Source: an uncultured virus (IMG/VR IMGVR_UViG_3300032323_003315) (Duplodnaviria > Heunggongvirae > Uroviricota > Caudoviricetes). From it: a stretch of 20,000 nt of DNA. Of the stretch, positions 15,727 through 20,000 are shown piece by piece. The stretch is from IMG/VR virus record IMGVR_UViG_3300032323_003315; one strand, 5' to 3'. The notes below the pieces were generated by a model. It had not been told where the DNA came from. It did no database searches and saw only the letters and a program-made list of their open reading frames with translations. The number at the start of each line of letters is the position of its first letter. The first letter of the stretch is position 1. The position numbers were made by a program, and so were the translations under genes.

Positions 15727-16128
15727 ATGAAAAATCTTTGGACTAAACTCATGCGCTTACTTGGCTTTGCGCCCAAAAAGCCAACCAACACTTACCACCC
15801 TACCTTTGGATGGCCTGTTCCTGCCAAACATCTACCCGAAACCCACATTTGCAGTATGCAACAACCACAAGCTAATTCATGTGCGTATGGAGCGGGCAGA
15901 CCATCGCCTATTACTTTCAGCCAAACAGAAACCTTTATTTACCATATCCGTATGTGTGGCTTGGCAAGTACCAACAGCATGAAAAAGAAAGGCGTAACCC
16001 GAACCGCGCGTATCGTATCTGAACTGCGTAAGAAGGGTTGGGATTTTACAACCAAGATAGAAGTTAAAGGCGGAGTAAAGGACGTTATCTACATTTTAAA
16101 CAGCGAACCACAACCATTAGGAATATAA
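15727..16128 (+). CDS. Winged-HTH protein (HTH_39-like)
   Basis: GVTRTARIVSELRKKGWDFTT motif. Confidence 0.65.
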   Translation: MKNLWTKLMRLLGFAPKKPTNTYHPTFGWPVPAKHLPETHICSMQQPQANSCAYGAGRPSPITFSQTETFIYHIRMCGLASTNSMKKKGVTRTARIVSELRKKGWDFTTKIEVKGGVKDVIYILNSEPQPLGI

Positions 16129-16130
16129 CT

Positions 16131-16361
16131 ATGACGAAAGAGAAACCAAAATCCAAACTGCATGCCTTGCTTATACGGCGTGAAATGACACAAGAGGAAC
16201 TGCGCCGAATTATCTTTGAGCAATCGGGAGAGAACATCGGTAGCGACAGGATAAGCCGTATCGTAAACGGACAACTTACCAACTACTTCACCAAGACTGC
16301 CCGTTTAATTGCAACTGCATTAAGCGTGAACATTGAAGATATATTGGAGGACGAAAAGTAA
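16131..16361 (+). CDS. XRE/Cro-family HTH regulator
   Basis: KLHALLIRREMTQEEL...ISRIVNG...IATALSVNIEDIL. Confidence 0.85.
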   Translation: MTKEKPKSKLHALLIRREMTQEELRRIIFEQSGENIGSDRISRIVNGQLTNYFTKTARLIATALSVNIEDILEDEK

Positions 16362-16367
16362 TACACC

Positions 16368-17021
16368 ATGTTAAACATCGCCCCTGCGTTATATGGTCAA
16401 TCTAATAAGTATATCCAAGTATGGTTATACATATTTACATGTATTGCAAAAGGCGAACCCGTATCCGTTGCTAACATCATTACTGAATGTTCTGTAACGC
16501 GACAATCTTTGTATGACATTCTTAATCGTGGTGTGCATGTTTTTAACCAACACAACATACCACTTTCAATTAATCGTTCACATGCAAAAGATAGGTTTTT
16601 AATCATTGATTGTAATGTTGCTGAAACACCGCAAAAACAAAGTGTTTCATTAATGGTGCAGGAAGCACCAAAAGAGAAACCAATCAATACTAAAAACGAA
16701 GTTGCAATGAATGTTATTGTTACTTATCTGAATGAAGTAACAAACAAATCATACAGAACAAACAATGCTTCCACGATACGTTTAATCAATGCACGTTTGA
16801 ATAATGGTTTTACCGTTGAACAGTTCAAATATGTTATTGATATAAAAGCATCACAATGGATGAATACGGAACATGAAAAGTACCTGCGCCCCGAAACATT
16901 ATTTGGAAACAAATTTGAAGGATACCTCAATGAAACATTTACAACAAACAAACCAAACGACAGCCTTACAGCAAAGTTTAGAAACGCGGAAGAAAGTATT
17001 AACCGAGATTGGGGCGTTTAG
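16368..17021 (+). CDS. Phage replication initiator-like protein (N-terminal HTH plus Phg_2220_C-like C-terminus)
   Basis: YLNEVTNKSYR...INARLNNGFTVEQFKYVID...QW...YLRPETLFGNKFEGYLNE. Confidence 0.85.
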   Translation: MLNIAPALYGQSNKYIQVWLYIFTCIAKGEPVSVANIITECSVTRQSLYDILNRGVHVFNQHNIPLSINRSHAKDRFLIIDCNVAETPQKQSVSLMVQEAPKEKPINTKNEVAMNVIVTYLNEVTNKSYRTNNASTIRLINARLNNGFTVEQFKYVIDIKASQWMNTEHEKYLRPETLFGNKFEGYLNETFTTNKPNDSLTAKFRNAEESINRDWGV

Positions 17022-17820
17022 TCAGAACAAAGAAGAGGAAGGAATTATTCGCGCTCAATTAGCGGATAGCCAAATTAAGTTCTATGACTTTAACAAACCC
17101 GAACACAAAAAGGTTATTGTATCCATGCTTTTAGAGTGGTCAATTATGTTGGGTATAAAAGAACCCATGACACCCGAACTGAATATCGTGAACGCAAAAT
17201 TTCTGATAGAGAACTTTGATTACTTAACCATATCCGAAATTCGCCAAGCGATACAATGGAGCATAACGGGTAAATTGGATATTGACCCTACCCCATACGG
17301 TATATTAGCACCTATCTACATAGCCAAGATTTTAAACAAGTACATGGACAAGCGGGATGCTGTTATGCAGATGCTTCATTTTCGCAGGAACGAACAACAT
17401 GGCAAAAAGCAACTTGAGATAAAAAACCACATACCATACGAGAAGGCTGTAAAAGACCATAGGAAGTTTTTAACCGAACACATGCAAGCCATGAAAGATA
17501 AAAATGCTTCTGATGTGGCAGGAAACCTTGTATGGCGTTTTTTGCTTCGCACAAAGGCCGTAAACCCAAAGATGCTTGATGCTGAAAGTGAGGAGCATGC
17601 CAAAGAGCGAATGGCCAACTTAAAGATTACCCGTGATTACAGGGATGAAATAATGAAGCTATCCAAAACGCAAATTGAGTTAAAGGCTGAAGCTACCATA
17701 GAGCGTTTTATGCAGGATTACGTTATCCATAAAATTTTAAAAAATTTGCCACACATTTCCGAATATATTGCGAGCCAACCCGACGACATCATATTACCAA
17801 AAGTAAAAACTAAAAAATAA
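16930..17820 (+). CDS. Hypothetical helical protein, possible helicase loader (start at 16930 or 16873)
   Basis: Overlaps the 3' end of the initiator gene, in the position a loader occupies in lambda O/P-like pairs. Function inferred from position only. Confidence 0.55.
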   Translation: MKHLQQTNQTTALQQSLETRKKVLTEIGAFSQNKEEEGIIRAQLADSQIKFYDFNKPEHKKVIVSMLLEWSIMLGIKEPMTPELNIVNAKFLIENFDYLTISEIRQAIQWSITGKLDIDPTPYGILAPIYIAKILNKYMDKRDAVMQMLHFRRNEQHGKKQLEIKNHIPYEKAVKDHRKFLTEHMQAMKDKNASDVAGNLVWRFLLRTKAVNPKMLDAESEEHAKERMANLKITRDYRDEIMKLSKTQIELKAEATIERFMQDYVIHKILKNLPHISEYIASQPDDIILPKVKTKK

Positions 17821-17832
17821 ACCAATAACAAC

Positions 17833-18648
17833 ATGACTAACAACAAATCAAAAAAAGCAGTTCTTTTATTTCCGAGCGAAATGAACAACGAACCAAACTT
17901 TCAAGTTATCCAAAAACTTGCGGATGAACTTTCTGAAAACGGCTATTCAGTAATGCCACACATTTTTCATTATCTGTTAGATAATACATACATGGCAAAA
18001 CAAATAGACATTTTGGATAACGTGGACAAAATTGTAATTGTATATTACACCAACGATAACCCGCACGACGACTTAATGAGTGAAGCAGACATGCGTAAGA
18101 GATATAGTTATGTGTATAAACACATAGCTAAACATCCAACCAAAGCAAGCATTTACACATATAACACAACACATGGCTTGTATGCGGGTAAGTCCATGAG
18201 CGAAGCTAACAATCAAAATGAAGTATTAAAACGATTGGATGCCATTGAGAAAAACATACACGCTCTTACGCAACAGATAAACCAAATGAGCGAATTTATG
18301 GGTGATGAGTGGGATGTAATGTGGGAGAAGACAAAAGAACTGCTTGACATAGCAATAAACGACCAAAAAGAAAAAACAGCACCCATAGATAATACACCCG
18401 AAGATTTGGCAGAAGCAAAGAATGATAAGAACGAAGACCACATGCTTCTTACTTCTGAACAGGCTGCTGATTTGGTTGGTTGTAATGTTTGTGTAATTTA
18501 CAACAGATGCACATACGGCGTAAAGGGAAATTATTTAAGCTACGTTCCATGGGGCGAGGGTAAAAGACATAAGAGATTTATCAAGTCAGAACTGATAAAG
18601 CACTTTAGCAAGTATCCCGTACAGAAAAGACGATACAGCAGTCGTTAA
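17833..18648 (+). CDS. Multi-domain protein: flavodoxin/NDT-like N-terminus, coiled coil, C-terminal excisionase-type HTH (HTH_17-like)
   Basis: C-terminal LLTSEQAADLVGCNVCVIY...RFIKSELIKH; N-terminal KLADELSENGYSV...ILDNVDKIVIV. Confidence 0.55.
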   Translation: MTNNKSKKAVLLFPSEMNNEPNFQVIQKLADELSENGYSVMPHIFHYLLDNTYMAKQIDILDNVDKIVIVYYTNDNPHDDLMSEADMRKRYSYVYKHIAKHPTKASIYTYNTTHGLYAGKSMSEANNQNEVLKRLDAIEKNIHALTQQINQMSEFMGDEWDVMWEKTKELLDIAINDQKEKTAPIDNTPEDLAEAKNDKNEDHMLLTSEQAADLVGCNVCVIYNRCTYGVKGNYLSYVPWGEGKRHKRFIKSELIKHFSKYPVQKRRYSSR

Positions 18649-18670
18649 TAGCAAAAAACATTCTGATAGG

Positions 18671-18696
18671 AAGCCCCGCCAAAAGCGGGGTTTTTT
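18671..18696 (+). terminator. Rho-independent terminator
   Basis: AAGCCCCGC-CAAAA-GCGGGGTTT followed by a T run, 22 nt after the stop. Confidence 0.85.
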
Positions 18697-18705
18697 ATTG
18701 CTTTC

Positions 18706-18891
18706 CCATGTAAGGTTTCCATGTAAAGTTTCCATGTAAGGTTGCCATGTAAGGTTTTAATCATTCACAAAGTACGATAAAGCAAGTAATAATAATAGTT
18801 TGAGGTGTGTTTTTCCATGTAAGGTTTCCATGTAAGGTTGCTATGTAAGGTTTCCATGTAAGGTTGAGGTGCAAGTTTCCATGGTGAGTTT
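18706..18891. repeat. Two tandem arrays of four 13-bp units CCATGTAAGGTT(T/G), iteron-like
   Basis: Units start at 18706, 18719, 18732, 18745 and at 18815, 18828, 18841, 18854, with a degenerate copy at 18879. A 57-bp spacer separates the arrays. Confidence 0.9.
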
Positions 18892-18985
18892 CCATATTGC
18901 AATGTCTTCGCACCCTATCTGCGTACCGCCTCAAACTTTCTGTAAAAATCAGATTATGTAAAAAATATATAAACCACATTCCCTG

Positions 18986-19122
18986 TTTACGGGGCTTTCA
19001 GCGTATGCTACCCCATTTGGTTTTTGAAAAATATTGTTTATGGAGGTTTATGGCATTTAACACTTTACCTGTTTGTTTTTTATTTCAAAATATTTTTTTT
19101 GAGGATTTACGGGGCTTTAAGC
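18986..19122. repeat. Dispersed 17-bp direct repeat TTTACGGGGCTTT(C/A)AGC
   Basis: Copies at 18986-19002 and 19106-19122, 120 bp apart, flanking AT-rich DNA. Confidence 0.7.
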
Positions 19123-19148
19123 AATTTGGATGTATGGTAGGTTGTCAT

Positions 19149-19179
19149 TTTGAAGTCGTAATGCCTTAATATATCTTTG
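19149..19179 (+). promoter_or_regulatory. Bacteroidota-type sigma-A promoter, probably giving a leaderless mRNA
   Basis: TTTG (19149-19152), 19-nt spacer, TATCTTTG (19172-19179); ATG only 4 nt further downstream. Confidence 0.7.
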
Positions 19180-19183
19180 TTGT

Positions 19184-19756
19184 ATGAATAAGCTACTTGC
19201 CCCCAATGGTAAACCGAGCAACCTCACGCCCAAGCAGTACAAACTCGTAAGAACCAAGGCGTTTAAAAATTGGTTTGGCGATTGGGAAAAATACCCTGCC
19301 AATGCTTCAAAGGTTGTGGACGAGAACGGCGAGCCTTTGGTGGTGTATCATACAACGAATAATGAGTTTTATATTTTTAGCAAAAAGAAATCAAGGGATG
19401 GGTTTTTCTTTTCACCTCAAAAGCAACGATTATATGTTTACGGAAAGTCAAAGGTCAATTCATATTTTTTGAATTTAAGAAACCCATCACACGAAATATT
19501 CCAAACAGATTTGAAATCTCTTATTTCAAAAGGTTACGATGGTATAATGGATTATGGATATGCAAAACATTTAGGAAATAAATCCTTATATGAAATCATA
19601 GCGTTTGAACCCACGCAAATCAAACTTGCCGACGGCACTAACACGGCATTTGACGGGAGCAACCCCGATATTAGGTTCTCCGCAGGCGGCCTAATCCATA
19701 GCCTCAAGCGAATTTTGCCGAAGAGAATACTAAAACTCTCGGACTTGCCCTTTTAA
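19184..19756 (+). CDS. Stand-alone ART-PolyVal-like ADP-ribosyltransferase
   Basis: LAPNGKPSNL, VRTKAFKNWFGDW, SKVVDENGEPLVVYHTT, GFFFS, FLNLRNP, GYDGI, YEIIAFEPTQIKLA, NPDIRFSAGG. Confidence 0.85.
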   Translation: MNKLLAPNGKPSNLTPKQYKLVRTKAFKNWFGDWEKYPANASKVVDENGEPLVVYHTTNNEFYIFSKKKSRDGFFFSPQKQRLYVYGKSKVNSYFLNLRNPSHEIFQTDLKSLISKGYDGIMDYGYAKHLGNKSLYEIIAFEPTQIKLADGTNTAFDGSNPDIRFSAGGLIHSLKRILPKRILKLSDLPF

Positions 19757-19843
19757 ATACAAATACCCTGTTTCCTGCCCCTGTAATCAATTAAAACACC
19801 AAAAGGGGTATCTTACCATACCAAAGCACTTAAAAGTCGCCCC

Positions 19844-19876
19844 AAGGGAACGCATGCAAGCCGTTCCTTTTTTTTT
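19844..19876 (+). terminator. Probable rho-independent terminator
   Basis: AAGGGAACG-catgcaagc-CGTTCCTTT followed by a T run. Confidence 0.65.
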
Positions 19877-20000
19877 GGCTCTGCGGGCAAGGTTCATAAC
19901 AATGGGGTGGGGTAAATATAATACCCATGGTTGTCCACATGTTATTCACTACGCTTGGAATGTTATTGGCAATCCCCTACATTACGAGGGGCTGCACATA

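Larger units (their letters stand above)
1..20000. mobile_element. Fragment of a tailed dsDNA phage/prophage, probably infecting Bacteroidota
   Basis: Phage-type replication initiator, XRE HTH, polyvalent ART proteins, many short ORFs with overlapping stop/start codons, and no housekeeping genes. Bacteroidota -33/-7 promoter consensus at 3760, 15275 and 19149; most start codons have A-rich leaders without Shine-Dalgarno. Confidence 0.85.

Noticed and set aside
18706..18891. CRISPR array
   Set aside because: Units are 13 bp and directly tandem with no unique spacers; no cas genes.
18761..19302. ORFs 18761-18979, 18897-19169 and 19117-19302
   Set aside because: They run through repeat or low-complexity DNA, or antisense to the ART gene, and lack protein-like composition.
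1..20000. tRNA, rRNA, integrase or transposase
   Set aside because: No cloverleaf/T-loop signature or recombinase motifs recognised by eye; a tRNAscan or HMM run would be needed to exclude them formally.

Overview
This 20-kb window looks like part of a tailed dsDNA phage or prophage with a Bacteroidota host. Genes are densely packed, many are short, no housekeeping genes are present, and three TTTG-N19-22-TAnnTTTG promoters of the Bacteroidota type are visible. From left to right, the first 15.2 kb is almost entirely on the minus strand. It holds (1) a partial gene with twin poly-Pro tracts; (2) two modular 'polyvalent' proteins, one carrying an ART-PolyVal-like ADP-ribosyltransferase domain, with domains delimited by a recurring hydrophobic-x-x-G-G motif; (3) an unannotated 35-aa antisense membrane peptide with its own promoter and terminator; (4) a cluster of five glycosyltransferases and two SAM methyltransferases that also contains a conserved small gene broken by an in-frame TGA; and (5) a run of small early or accessory genes. 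From 15.3 kb the plus strand carries an HTH/XRE regulator and replication initiator operon, a 535-bp non-coding region with 2 x 4 13-bp iteron-like repeats, and a second, stand-alone ART gene ending in the same GG motif. The best candidate for an undescribed system is a GG-motif-tagged family of modular phage effector or cargo proteins, possibly processed by a protease or loaded into the capsid. All family assignments come from reading motifs by eye; no database search was run.
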